From a virus (Duplodnaviria; Caudoviricetes), in the IMG/VR virus record IMGVR_UViG_3300006752_000019, positions 1-64,000 of that record: 64,000 nucleotides of DNA; one strand, 5' to 3'. The translations under genes and the position numbers were made by a program. A model generated the notes under the pieces. It did no database searches. It was not told the DNA's origin and saw nothing but the letters and a program-made list of their open reading frames with translations. Shown here piece after piece: positions 1 through 9,356 of this stretch. Numbering within the stretch: the stretch's first letter is position 1; every line of letters starts with the position of its first letter.

Positions 1-121
1 CCCACTTCCACCAAAAGCCATCGCTGTCCTCAGAGTATGTCTCGTTGCCGTTGGCATCGTGTATACTAAAAGGATACGATACTTTCCCGAATTGTTCTTT
101 GTATGCTTGTGCTAGTGTCAT
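1..121 (-). CDS. Repeat protein, paralog of 123..509 (runs off the left edge of the window)
   Basis: ATG at 121 reads MTLAQAYKEQFGKVSYPFSIHDANGNETYSEDSDGFWWKW..., closely matching the N-terminus of 123..509. Not in the ORF track; translated by hand. Confidence 0.85.
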   Translation of the reverse strand, partial: MTLAQAYKEQFGKVSYPFSIHDANGNETYSEDSDGFWWKW

Positions 122-122
122 A

Positions 123-509
123 TTAAAGTTCCTTTAGTTCATATTTCTTACCATCAACCTCCACGATCTTGCCTTCACAAGAAGACTTTCTTTTATCACG
201 CTTAACACCATCACTATTCTCATAATATACCTGTTTACCTTTGGCATCGTATTCACGCTTTGACCAAAAGCCATCGCTATTTTCATAGTGTGTCTCATTG
301 CCATCGGCATCGTATTTATACTTAGCATAATTAGTCCAATAGCCATTGCTATTTTCATAGTATGTCAGTTTGCCATTGGAACCGTATTCACACTTAGTCC
401 AATAGCCATTGCCAGTTTCATGGTATGTCAGTTTGCCATTGGAATCGTATACTCTAAAAGGATACAATACCTTTCCAAATTGTTTCCTGTATGCTTGTGC
501 TAGTGTCAT
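123..509 (-). CDS. Phage protein with tandem ~22-aa YDxNGxxxYxExxxGxW (YD-like) repeats
   Basis: Four repeat units are visible in the translation, with matching DNA repeats (e.g. tagtccaatagccattgc twice). Confidence 0.8.
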   Translation of the reverse strand: MTLAQAYRKQFGKVLYPFRVYDSNGKLTYHETGNGYWTKCEYGSNGKLTYYENSNGYWTNYAKYKYDADGNETHYENSDGFWSKREYDAKGKQVYYENSDGVKRDKRKSSCEGKIVEVDGKKYELKEL

Positions 510-583
510 GTTTTTTTGTGGTTTGTTTGGGGTTCAGGATGAATGATTTATTATTTTTGTTCATAATCAATTAACTTTCTTCG

Positions 584-712
584 TTATCCTTGTCCTCTAT
601 ACTTTTTCTTATACAGCTTAGAATGCTTGTGATTGGAGGTTTTGGTTTTGGCGTGAATGCCTTTACGTGTGATCTTCTTGGTTTCTAGTTTTTGTGTTTT
701 ACCTTTTTTCAT
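584..712 (-). CDS. Small basic protein, 42 aa, ending YKKKYRGQG
   Basis: Hand-translated as MKKGKTQKLETKKITRKGIHAKTKTSNHKHSKLYKKKYRGQG; preceded by TTGACA-17-TAGACT. Confidence 0.65.
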   Translation of the reverse strand: MKKGKTQKLETKKITRKGIHAKTKTSNHKHSKLYKKKYRGQG

Positions 713-750
713 GATTGTAGTCTATTATCGGTTGTTTGTTTTGTCAATGA

Positions 751-1164
751 TTATCGTATACCAAGTTTATCTTCAATAGTCTCCAATCGGCGCGTGTTAA
801 ATTCAACATCATCAATCATGGCGCGAAACGCTTCAAGGAAATCTTGTGTTAATCCCATGATCAGACCTTCTTGTGCCGCATTGTTTTTTTCTTCTTTTTC
901 TATTAGCTTTAATAAGTTATCGTAAATAACAACAAGTGCTTGCTGATGCTCAGACGAGCGTTTTAAATTGTATTCAGAGAATTTCTGCTGAATTTCTCTG
1001 TTTTTGTGCAAGGCTAGTATGTTGTCATTTGTATGTTGCAGGGATTTATCCTGTCTGATGCTTATCCTGTTAAACAAAGAAAAAGACCAAACATTTAACA
1101 TCATTGATGCCGCGAATCCAAAAACGAGACAGTAATTATAAAAAGATTGATAGTTGTTTTTCAT
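751..1164 (-). CDS. Hypothetical protein with N-terminal hydrophobic segment and helical/coiled C-terminus
   Basis: ORF track; hydrophobic stretch CLVFGFAASMMLNVWSFSLF. Confidence 0.6.
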   Translation of the reverse strand: MKNNYQSFYNYCLVFGFAASMMLNVWSFSLFNRISIRQDKSLQHTNDNILALHKNREIQQKFSEYNLKRSSEHQQALVVIYDNLLKLIEKEEKNNAAQEGLIMGLTQDFLEAFRAMIDDVEFNTRRLETIEDKLGIR

Positions 1165-1373
1165 TGTTTAAATAGGTTAGACTCTACCATCTTGGAGTAT
1201 CCAGTAGGAGTATTATCATCAAGATCAAAAACATAACTCCAAAGCCAATCCTCTGATTCGGGCGCAAGTTCATCTTTTATTTCTTGATACAGTTCATTAA
1301 ACTGTATATAAATATGCTCTTGTTGAGCGCGGATTGCGGCGCGAACCTGATCGACTCTTTGTTTTGTGTCCAT
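1161..1373 (-). CDS. Hypothetical protein
   Basis: ORF coupled by overlaps to both neighbours. Confidence 0.6.
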   Translation of the reverse strand: MDTKQRVDQVRAAIRAQQEHIYIQFNELYQEIKDELAPESEDWLWSYVFDLDDNTPTGYSKMVESNLFKQ

Positions 1374-1606
1374 TAGTCTTCTAACTTGATATCAAGCTTG
1401 GGGGTTGAGGTTGCACGATTGGATGCTTCGATCTTTGGTTGTGAATCAGCCACGTTTATATTCATGTCCTTGAGCCACACACGGCGAACAGGGATTGCTT
1501 GTTTCGCGCCGAAAAATTCCTGCAACTGTTCCATAGAAACATTTACAAAATCTTGCATACCCTTGGGACGACCTCGGCCTCGTTTGGTTTCTGTATTGTC
1601 AATCAT
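1373..1606 (-). CDS. Small AT-hook-containing putative DNA-binding protein
   Basis: KRGRGRPKG AT-hook motif near the N-terminus. Confidence 0.55.
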   Translation of the reverse strand: MIDNTETKRGRGRPKGMQDFVNVSMEQLQEFFGAKQAIPVRRVWLKDMNINVADSQPKIEASNRATSTPKLDIKLED

Positions 1607-1684
1607 AATTATTAAAGGTTGTGGGGTTCTAGATATCCGAAGAATATGGAAGCGGTGAGCTTCGCCTTGTTCCCCGTTTTGAAA

Positions 1685-1852
1685 TCAGCACTTGTTTGCA
1701 ACGTAGCGTTGAGTCGAGCTAAGAATCTCAACAGAATCTCCATCTTCAATCATCTCAGCTTCATAAAGAATATCCTCCAGCATAAGAGCGACAGAATAAC
1801 CTTCTGCTTCAAAGACTTCGCCGTTGTCAGTTTCAAGGGTTAGTTTCATCAT
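1685..1852 (-). CDS. Small acidic hypothetical protein (start re-assigned to MMKLTLE)
   Basis: TTGACT-17-TATAAA promoter lies directly upstream of ATG 1852. Confidence 0.55.
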   Translation of the reverse strand: MMKLTLETDNGEVFEAEGYSVALMLEDILYEAEMIEDGDSVEILSSTQRYVANKC

Positions 1853-1895
1853 GAGTCTTTTATAATGGATTTTTATTCCGAAGTCAAGGAGTTTT

Positions 1896-2813
1896 TTAGT
1901 TAATAGCGCCATCCAAAACTTGTAAGATGGCATGATCTTTTGCCTTGACCTCACACTCAAAAACGATATGAGGATTGTCGTGAACAAACTTAGGAACACA
2001 TGAGAAATAGTCTGTATGCTTGCGTGTGTTGTCAATACCTTCGCTCCAATGGAATACAGGAGTTAATGCACCCCATGTCTTGGAAAACGCTGATATGCAT
2101 TCTTTGGTTGAAAGATTGTGAGGATTGTTACAGGCATGATGCAGATTGTCGAACACCAAAGGGAAGTCGCCGCCCAAACTATCAAAAAGTTTCTTGCAAT
2201 CCCAATACCCCTTGTCCTCGTTCTCAAGAACAATACGATTGCGAACACCAACATCACAACGATCAAAGGCAGAATAAAAGCGAGAAATATAATCTTCTAT
2301 ATCCTCGTCTGGTTTTGGGTTAAGACCAAGATGCAAACACATAGGCACACTGTAATCTTGTGGACAACCCATAAGGTCTAGCACATAAGCCTGATGATTA
2401 AGCTCACGAATCGTGCGTTCAACAGTGTCAGGATTGTGAGACGCTAACACATTGAACTGATCTGGATGCGAACTAAGAGAGATACCATGATTGAGTGCAT
2501 AATCACCAGAAGATTTAAGATTCTCGCAAATTTCTTGGAAGTCAGGCAGATCATCATAGGACATGCCAAGTGTTGCATCTGTTACGAGCGGAAATATATT
2601 GCTGCTAATGCGATAATGGCTGATACCAGAATGCTTGCAATGAAGCAAGGTGCGCTGCATAACTTGGGTATTGATAAGTATGCGTTTAGAAAGCTCTGTC
2701 AAAGCATCGGCGCGATCAAGGTTGTTGAATTGCTTGCGCGTCATGACGCGAAAACGACAATCTTTGTTTTTTTGTTTCAGAATCTCACTGATACATACAA
2801 GTCCTAACTTCAT
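1896..2813 (-). CDS. uvsE: UV DNA damage endonuclease (UvsE/UVDE family)
   Basis: Motifs YRISSNIFP, HPDQFNVLAS, LENED, LVFDNLHH, FHWSE, EVKAKD. Confidence 0.92.
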   Translation of the reverse strand: MKLGLVCISEILKQKNKDCRFRVMTRKQFNNLDRADALTELSKRILINTQVMQRTLLHCKHSGISHYRISSNIFPLVTDATLGMSYDDLPDFQEICENLKSSGDYALNHGISLSSHPDQFNVLASHNPDTVERTIRELNHQAYVLDLMGCPQDYSVPMCLHLGLNPKPDEDIEDYISRFYSAFDRCDVGVRNRIVLENEDKGYWDCKKLFDSLGGDFPLVFDNLHHACNNPHNLSTKECISAFSKTWGALTPVFHWSEGIDNTRKHTDYFSCVPKFVHDNPHIVFECEVKAKDHAILQVLDGAIN

Positions 2814-2820
2814 GTTTTGA

Positions 2821-2849
2821 ATATTAATTAATTTTTATTCACTTGTCAA
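2821..2849 (-). promoter_or_regulatory. Sigma70-like promoter upstream of uvsE (representative of at least 14 similar sites)
   Basis: TTGACA-17-TAATAT, 7 nt before the ATG. Confidence 0.7.
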
Positions 2850-3081
2850 CAAACAAATCATCCAAATAATCACTATCGAGAATATAACTATCTTTTTTTT
2901 CTGGATCGCGTGGACAAATAGCAGGGTCTTTCTTTGGTTGCCAGTGAGGGTAAATTTCTTGAATTCTTTTAATTGATTCGCGAACCATACTTGGCGCGTA
3001 AGTGGAACGACCATGTGCATAGCGAATAGCCATCCACACAACATCTTCGTATGCTGATAATAGTTTTTGTTCTTTATTCAT
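2839..3081 (-). CDS. Hypothetical phage protein
   Basis: ORF track; in operon context. Confidence 0.6.
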   Translation of the reverse strand: MNKEQKLLSAYEDVVWMAIRYAHGRSTYAPSMVRESIKRIQEIYPHWQPKKDPAICPRDPEKKDSYILDSDYLDDLFVDK

Positions 3082-3085
3082 TGTC

Positions 3086-4027
3086 TTATACTACATTAAG
3101 TTGTTTTGCAAGAGCTTGTCCTTTAGCTGTCAGCTTGCGGCGACCATCTACTTCCATGAGTCCCTTCTGCATGAGAATCGACTCGTATTCTTTTTGAATC
3201 ACCTGAGCCTCAAAGCCAGTGACGCAAGAAAGGTTGGTGAGTGTCAAGCCTTTGCTTTTGCCAGCAAGTGCGCCAATCAGACGCTTTTCATTCTTGTTGA
3301 TACCGCAAGGGAATACACCCATAATAGAACAAAACTCTTTCCACAGGCTTTTGGTCACACGCGAAACTTGTTTTGCTGCGATAAACGTATTCATGTTCAT
3401 TGCTTTCTTAACAGCATCGCGAGGATTGCCGCGCAAGGTGTCTTGCACAAAACTCTTTACATCCGAATCAATAGACGCACCATCAATCTTATCGCAGAAG
3501 ATTTGATACAGTTCATCAATGCTGTAATCATCAAAGCAAACATCTTCAAAACGATCACGCAAAGGCTTAACAAGTTTTTGTTGATCGGTAGTTGCAGCCA
3601 AGAAACTAATCTTGCGGAAGTCAAATACATAAGGAATGTCCTCATAAATAACCTCACGAATTGGATCATCCTTTACGTCAAGAATGTCGAGGAAGATTTG
3701 TTGGAGTTGCTTGGGGATGTTGTGAACTTCATCCAGAAACAAACAAGCATTGTTGTTTACCCACTGAGGATAGACCTGCTCAAAGAACTGGTCAACACTG
3801 GTAAGGGTCGCGCCATTCAAAGGAAGAAGAGGAGGACGCGAACCATCGGAACGCTTCAAGCCTTCGCGGAACTTGCGAGCGAAGAAAGACTTGCCGCCGC
3901 CTTTAGAAGTAATAAGGTTGATGAAAGGCAGACGATTGGTATGCTTATATGCGTCAATAAAAAGACTAAGCTGTTGTTTTACGCTATGCTGTCCAACCGC
4001 GCCGTCAAAGGTGGAATTGATCTTCAT
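3086..4027 (-). CDS. ruvB: RuvB-like Holliday junction branch-migration AAA+ ATPase
   Basis: VGQ..VK..L, deviant Walker A TSKGGGKS, FLDEVH, ATT, LRDRF, RGNPR, and a C-terminal winged-helix-like end (YE..L.Q.GL...GR.LT.KG). Confidence 0.8.
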   Translation of the reverse strand: MKINSTFDGAVGQHSVKQQLSLFIDAYKHTNRLPFINLITSKGGGKSFFARKFREGLKRSDGSRPPLLPLNGATLTSVDQFFEQVYPQWVNNNACLFLDEVHNIPKQLQQIFLDILDVKDDPIREVIYEDIPYVFDFRKISFLAATTDQQKLVKPLRDRFEDVCFDDYSIDELYQIFCDKIDGASIDSDVKSFVQDTLRGNPRDAVKKAMNMNTFIAAKQVSRVTKSLWKEFCSIMGVFPCGINKNEKRLIGALAGKSKGLTLTNLSCVTGFEAQVIQKEYESILMQKGLMEVDGRRKLTAKGQALAKQLNVV

Positions 4028-4222
4028 GCCACCCATTATATAGGGAATGGCGGTAGAGTCAAGATGTTTTTTTGAATTTAAATTGATTAAAAAATTAACA
4101 CCAAACTTTTTTTGTTGTTTTTCTCAACTTATCATAACTCCATGATAATCAATGTTTTACAAAAAATCAAGTCAAAAATGCAACTGCTTATTTGCAATTT
4201 TTCGAAATAAACTTGGACTTTT

Positions 4223-4837
4223 TTACTTCAAGCCAAATACACCACAGTATTCCTTCATCAATTCCATATCAATATTTTGAAATGTCTTCATCGGAAGAAT
4301 CTTGGTTGGCATAAGTTTCTGAAGGTGAGAATCATAAAGTTTGTGGGTTCCAGACCACGAATCAACTAAAAAGCAGTAATGATAAAAATAAAAGTAACAA
4401 TTAGCACGTTGAGCGTATCGCTCTTCATTGAATAACCCGCCAAACTTCTTGGACATTTGTATGCTACGCATCTCGCAGTCGCGCTCCATAGCGATAATGC
4501 TTAATGTGGAATCCCAAGCATCAATGCCTATTTTCTTCTTCTCCATGTCCCACCAAAACTTATCATCACATTCTGTGTATGCGGGAGCCTCTTTCGTATA
4601 TTGCTGGAAGTGGCAAAATTCATGTATGAAAATTTGCTCAAAAAGAGGGTTTAGAGCCGCCGAAACGATTTTCTTGCCGTCTTCCTCAAAAAAACCACAG
4701 CAGCTCGCAGATTGAACCCTGACGCGCTTAGAATTGCGGAAATCAAAGACTCCACCATGTTTTTTTCGATACTCGTCAGCAAAAGCGTAAAAATCCTTGA
4801 ATTGCTTGCTGCGGCCTTTGAGATCGAGCTTCTTCAC
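4223..4837 (-). CDS. Hypothetical protein with HEXXH zinc-metallopeptidase-like motif
   Basis: IFIHEFCHFQQ with a downstream ExxxE; GTG start. Confidence 0.5.
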   Translation of the reverse strand: MKKLDLKGRSKQFKDFYAFADEYRKKHGGVFDFRNSKRVRVQSASCCGFFEEDGKKIVSAALNPLFEQIFIHEFCHFQQYTKEAPAYTECDDKFWWDMEKKKIGIDAWDSTLSIIAMERDCEMRSIQMSKKFGGLFNEERYAQRANCYFYFYHYCFLVDSWSGTHKLYDSHLQKLMPTKILPMKTFQNIDMELMKEYCGVFGLK

Positions 4838-4877
4838 ATTATTATTTTACACTGTGAAGATTAAAAAATCAAAATTT

Positions 4878-5255
4878 TTATTCTGGCTGGTCTGTTGGTT
4901 CTAGTGCTGGATCTAGCTCTTGTGCTGGATCTTGTTCTGGTTCTGGCTCTGGCTCTGGCTCTGGTGGCGCAACGTAAGTGATACTGCCATCTTCATTAGC
5001 TACAAAAACAGCAGGGTCAGGCGCGGTCAAGCCATCAGCTTCGCCAAGAGACTCAAGAACATTATAAAGCGTTCCATAAACGGTTACAGCTTCAGATGCA
5101 TTTGTGCCAAGAACGTCAAGAATTGCTTGTTCTTCGCCTTCAGTTGTAACGAGTGAATAGGCATTTTTTGCTTGCGAGCGCAAAAAGCTAATCGTTTGCT
5201 CGTTGATTTTTTCAATTCGGGCTGCGATTTGGGTTGATTGAGGTATTAACGTCAT
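4878..5255 (-). CDS. Probable tail fibre-associated small protein with Pro-Glu repeat tail
   Basis: Directly downstream of a fibre-like gene; C-terminal PPEPEPEPEPEQDP. Confidence 0.5.
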   Translation of the reverse strand: MTLIPQSTQIAARIEKINEQTISFLRSQAKNAYSLVTTEGEEQAILDVLGTNASEAVTVYGTLYNVLESLGEADGLTAPDPAVFVANEDGSITYVAPPEPEPEPEPEQDPAQELDPALEPTDQPE

Positions 5256-5273
5256 AATTTTTATTATAATAAT

Positions 5274-6572
5274 TTATTGAATCTTGTGTGCAATCATGTA
5301 TGAACCTTTTAGAATACGTGTCCAATTCGCATTGGATGAGTTCTGCGCCCATTGCGGTGCAAAGGTTCCAGCAGTTGAGCTTGTTGCAATCGTGCCTTTT
5401 ATAATTATATTGGCCTCGGCATTTATCTGACCGAAGATCACAGTTATATCAGGAGTTGCAGTTGTGAACCTCCTGCCAATGGCTCTAGCAGCTCCAGAGC
5501 CAGCGAGATTGTATACAGCTTCAATAGATGACCCTGCTGGTTGTGACGATGAAAATCGAACACCCCCGTGACCCGATGCCACCTGCGTTTGATAAGTCAT
5601 CTGGATTTCAAATACATAAACTGAATTTGCTTCAAGAGTTAATGCAAGGTGCTGATCGTCAGCAGCAGTGGCATCATTTGTTTTATCTTCGTTCGCTGTT
5701 TTATACGAGATCAAAGTTCTGGCGTATCGAGCATCACCAAGGCTTCGGGTCATTAGGCTATCATCTGTGCTTGCAGCTTGACTTGTGGCTTCAACTTGAC
5801 CTCCTATGTTTACAGCTCCGTTAAATGTGAAAGTCCCACCGCTTTCAGAACCCCATTGACTAAAACCTCCTCCATCATAAAAATTAGAACAAGCAAGGTA
5901 ACCAAGAGATATAATTGCATTTCCGTTTACATCAAGGTCTTGAATATTATATATAGTGCCATTAATGCGGGTGTCGCCGTTTACATCAAGTTTATATGAG
6001 CTATCTGGAGAAGTTGTTCCAATCCCCACATTCAGATTATTGCCATCAACAAACAAAGTTTCAAAACCAAGTGCTGTATTGCCAGCAACATCAAGAGTGT
6101 GAAATGGAGTATTAGTTCCAATACCCACGCGATCATTAGAAGAATCAACGTGCAGCGTGGTGCTATCTACGGTTAAATCACCAACAACACTAAAATTATC
6201 ACCAGTGATTCTATCTAAGTTTGCATCAGTCAAAGCATTTGTGTTAGCGTTGCTTTCATATTTTGTTTTAATTGATGCGGCTGTTTCGGCGGTTGATTCA
6301 CCTAACTGAAGAACCCAACCTGTATCATCAACATCATAGATGTAACGCACAACATCCTCTGCAACTCCAGAATCAACATCAGCATAATAGCCTCCTTCTC
6401 CAGTAGGATAAGCGCCTGTCAGTGAGTCAAAATCAACATACAAACCTTTATATTTGCTAGTTTCAAGACCTTCAAGCTTTGTTTTTTCGGATTGAGTATA
6501 TGCTTTTGTTCCTAGAGAGTCTAAAATACCGCTTTTAGTCGCTGCATCTGTTGTTGTGATTTCAATGCTCAT
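5274..6572 (-). CDS. Probable tail fibre / virion protein
   Basis: Repeated VGIGTxxP beta-motifs, G/T/S-rich composition, GTGTAA motif upstream. Confidence 0.7.
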   Translation of the reverse strand: MSIEITTTDAATKSGILDSLGTKAYTQSEKTKLEGLETSKYKGLYVDFDSLTGAYPTGEGGYYADVDSGVAEDVVRYIYDVDDTGWVLQLGESTAETAASIKTKYESNANTNALTDANLDRITGDNFSVVGDLTVDSTTLHVDSSNDRVGIGTNTPFHTLDVAGNTALGFETLFVDGNNLNVGIGTTSPDSSYKLDVNGDTRINGTIYNIQDLDVNGNAIISLGYLACSNFYDGGGFSQWGSESGGTFTFNGAVNIGGQVEATSQAASTDDSLMTRSLGDARYARTLISYKTANEDKTNDATAADDQHLALTLEANSVYVFEIQMTYQTQVASGHGGVRFSSSQPAGSSIEAVYNLAGSGAARAIGRRFTTATPDITVIFGQINAEANIIIKGTIATSSTAGTFAPQWAQNSSNANWTRILKGSYMIAHKIQ

Positions 6573-6833
6573 ATGTTACTCAATTTTACACAAAAAACAA
6601 CCCATTGTCGCGCAAACAATGGGCTGTTTTGGAGTTTGGGTATTTTTATTATTTAAATATTTAAAATTTAGCAAATCATCACGTTTACTTCTTTGCTGCC
6701 CAAATCATTCCAATATTCGCCGCCGCATAAGCATACCAGATCAATGCCCACGGCCAGTTTTGTTTCAAGGCATAGCTTGTGCCTGTTGCAAAATACAACA
6801 AGAAAGCCGCGCCAACTGTGAAAGATTCAAAAG

Positions 6834-7277
6834 TCATATTTCTTTTAGGTTTATTCCTGCTTGTTCAAACATGTCGCGGCCAACCTTGATTGATTCGCAC
6901 CAATCTCCACCGCCAAAAGTTTCTTTTTGTTTTTCTCCAATCACGGCAACGATGCCAGATTGAATAATTAATTTAGCACATTCATTACAACAATTAGAAC
7001 CAAAAGAAGTATACATGGTTGCACCTTTCATCCTGATTCCAAGCCTAGCGCAATTTGCTATCGCATTAGCTTCTGCATGAACAACTCTTTGATATTTGAT
7101 CGACCTGTCTGCATATAGTTCTGGATTATCGTCTACACCTCTTGGAAAACCATTGTAACCAATCCCAAGAACAGTGTTGTCTTCACCAACGATGACAACG
7201 CCGCACTTGGTCGATGGGTCTTTGGATTTAGTGGCAACATACTTCGCCATGCCAACAAAAAATTCATCCCAATTCAT
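6834..7277 (-). CDS. dCMP deaminase
   Basis: SKDPSTKCG, GYNGFPRG, HAEANAI, CxxC (CNECAKLIIQSGI). Confidence 0.92.
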   Translation of the reverse strand: MNWDEFFVGMAKYVATKSKDPSTKCGVVIVGEDNTVLGIGYNGFPRGVDDNPELYADRSIKYQRVVHAEANAIANCARLGIRMKGATMYTSFGSNCCNECAKLIIQSGIVAVIGEKQKETFGGGDWCESIKVGRDMFEQAGINLKEI

Positions 7278-7756
7278 ACCCACAATCTTTCGTAATGTTT
7301 GATAATAATGTTAAGAGCTTTTTGATCATGTTCACGCATGTAATTTTCGATCTTGATGCTCTCATTGAGAATTGCTTCCTGCTGTTTTGGAATTATGTCA
7401 AAAAAATCAACTCCCTCAAATGCTTTATCAAGTAGGTCGTTTTCATATGCTTTTTCTCGTGGACGATCACATTTAATGTAAACATATGCCCACTCCAACT
7501 CTTCTCGTGCCTTATTGGTAGCGTCAGCTTCTTCCTGAGAAATATGACCTGCTTCAACTTCGTCAGACCAATCCCAACCGAGATTATCAAAAGCTTTTTC
7601 TTCCTCAATAAAATTCACCAAACACTCAAAGAGAATATCTCTAATAAGTTCTGGCTTATCGCTCCAACTACGTGGGATTTTTTTAGTGAGCCACTTCTGC
7701 TTCGGTGCGAACAGGTCGCAAATCCATTGTTTTATTTGAAAGATTCTATATTTCAT
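7274..7756 (-). CDS. Hypothetical phage protein
   Basis: ORF track; ATGA coupling to the next gene. Confidence 0.65.
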   Translation of the reverse strand: MKYRIFQIKQWICDLFAPKQKWLTKKIPRSWSDKPELIRDILFECLVNFIEEEKAFDNLGWDWSDEVEAGHISQEEADATNKAREELEWAYVYIKCDRPREKAYENDLLDKAFEGVDFFDIIPKQQEAILNESIKIENYMREHDQKALNIIIKHYERLWV

Positions 7757-7757
7757 A

Positions 7758-7988
7758 TTATTGTCTCATTCTTTTTAAAATCTCTTTTAAGAGAATCTCA
7801 ATGCCCTCATAGTTTTGAGGAATCTGATCTGGAATATCTTCGCGGAATGAGTCGTGCGGATCATAATGCCACTTTTCAACCAACCATTTATACCAATCAA
7901 GTATTTCGATGTTTCTGTATGATTCTAAATCCATAACTGATTCAAAGAAGTATTTTCCAGTATTTAGTATCCATTGTTTCTTCTTCAC
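7758..7988 (-). CDS. Hypothetical protein (start uncertain)
   Basis: ORF track. Confidence 0.45.
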   Translation of the reverse strand: MKKKQWILNTGKYFFESVMDLESYRNIEILDWYKWLVEKWHYDPHDSFREDIPDQIPQNYEGIEILLKEILKRMRQ

Positions 7989-8466
7989 TGTTTAGTTTAG
8001 AAAGTTTTTCAAACAATGCTTCTTTCGTTTCAAAAACCAAACCCATGTCTACTAAGCCAACCAACCAAAGAGGCATTTGGCTTTTATCTTCAAGAATAAA
8101 CAGCATTGGTTTTCTTTGTTCAGAGGCTTTAACAATCTCGTGTGTTGTGCCAAAAGTAGGTCGCGAAGGTTCTAGCTTAACAATCATAAAAGTGCTAAGG
8201 TCTACGGCGCGGAGATCGCGGCGAATAATTTGCTGCATGATATGGTGAAGCTCTACCCATTCTCCTTGTTTACGCATTTCTTTAAAGCTTTCGCGCATTT
8301 CTTCTGATTCATGATATTGTTCATGAAACATTGGGCGAGTTGGGTTCAGGGTTTTAACCCCAAACTTAGCCAGTTCTTCAGCAAAGTCTTCGCGCCAATC
8401 TTCGGCATCTTCTGTGCTTTCTAAATTACCAGCGAGATAACAAAACGTGTTCTCTAGTTTGTTCAT
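7942..8466 (-). CDS. Nucleoside 2-deoxyribosyltransferase-like protein
   Basis: YLAG, LNP, D..AVD.S, GTTHEI..A....KP pattern. Confidence 0.75.
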   Translation of the reverse strand: MNKLENTFCYLAGNLESTEDAEDWREDFAEELAKFGVKTLNPTRPMFHEQYHESEEMRESFKEMRKQGEWVELHHIMQQIIRRDLRAVDLSTFMIVKLEPSRPTFGTTHEIVKASEQRKPMLFILEDKSQMPLWLVGLVDMGLVFETKEALFEKLSKLNSEEETMDTKYWKILL

Positions 8467-8474
8467 GACTTACA

Positions 8475-8633
8475 TTATACATAAGTTTTCTCGTAAGTCA
8501 AGGAAAATTGCCATTTTCCACAATACCGAAGATTAAGAAAGAAAACATGAACTTTTGCTGTCCATTTGCGTTTATGTGCTTTAACAACACAGGGTGAGCC
8601 TTTGACTTTAATTACCCAACGCTTTGCTTTCAT
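8475..8633 (-). CDS. Small basic hypothetical protein, 52 aa
   Basis: Hand-translated MKAKRWVIKVKGSPC...; ATGA overlap with 8630..8836. Confidence 0.4.
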   Translation of the reverse strand: MKAKRWVIKVKGSPCVVKAHKRKWTAKVHVFFLNLRYCGKWQFSLTYEKTYV

Positions 8634-8836
8634 TTTTCTACCATTTGTTTTTTACGTTCTGACTCTTGAAGTCGGCGGCGTTCGGTTAGAGCTTCGACTC
8701 CATCTTGATCACAGGGCAAACATGCAATAGCACTATGAAGTGCGCCTAGCATATTATCATAACTAAGGTCATGCTCTTCGCCAACCATAAGCCAGCCACT
8801 GACATATTTCTCAAAGTCTTCTACTGTAATTTTCAT
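8630..8836 (-). CDS. Hypothetical protein
   Basis: ORF track. Confidence 0.6.
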   Translation of the reverse strand: MKITVEDFEKYVSGWLMVGEEHDLSYDNMLGALHSAIACLPCDQDGVEALTERRRLQESERKKQMVEK

Positions 8837-8844
8837 TTTATATT

Positions 8845-9342
8845 TTAAGAGCGTTTTCTTCTGAGAAGAAGTAGCATCCCAATGCCTCCGAGAAGCATCG
8901 TGCTTGGTTCTGGAATCGCATATGCATTCAATACACGCAAGCGCAATCCGTTGTTGCCCATATATTTTACAATATCCACGTTAAACTGTTGGCTATTGTT
9001 GTGATGCGCTGTAGCAGTCACTGTAAGAATGTTGCTCTGTTGAATATTTTGAAGATCAGCCAACTCTAGCTCGTATGGATATATTACCTTGTTGTCAAAG
9101 AACCAATCTTTTAGCGAAAGACTTTGAAGCTCAACTCTGTCTCCGAATCCTTGCATACGAAAGAAGTCTCCGTTTGTGAATTGAACCATCTCTGTATCAT
9201 TGTTGAATGCCACATCGGGCTGATTGGCCAGCAAGTCATTGCCAACGATGTTGACATTGGTAGTGTTAGAAATGTTGCTGATGGTGGTTGCGCCAGAGGC
9301 GAGGCTTGCGGTCGCAAGCAGACTTAATATGGTGTTTTTCAT
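8845..9342 (-). CDS. PEP-CTERM sorting-domain surface protein 1
   Basis: Signal peptide MKNTILSLLATASLASGA; C-terminus IPEPSTMLLGGIGMLLLLRRKRS. Confidence 0.9.
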   Translation of the reverse strand: MKNTILSLLATASLASGATTISNISNTTNVNIVGNDLLANQPDVAFNNDTEMVQFTNGDFFRMQGFGDRVELQSLSLKDWFFDNKVIYPYELELADLQNIQQSNILTVTATAHHNNSQQFNVDIVKYMGNNGLRLRVLNAYAIPEPSTMLLGGIGMLLLLRRKRS

Positions 9343-9356
9343 TTTTTATATTTAAA

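Noticed and set aside
1-509. CRISPR array or DGR template/variable repeats
   Set aside because: The repeats are in-frame coding units; there is no spacer periodicity, no adenine-specific mismatch pattern established, and no reverse transcriptase in the window.
3101-4075. 324-aa plus-strand ORF and the other antisense/overlapping ORFs in the track
   Set aside because: Shadow ORFs of motif-supported genes on the opposite strand or frame, with no recognisable motifs.
6834-8466. Modified-base (e.g. hmdU) DNA pathway from dCMP deaminase plus the NDT-like gene
   Set aside because: No hydroxymethylase, kinase or other hallmark enzyme in the window; both genes are common in ordinary phages.
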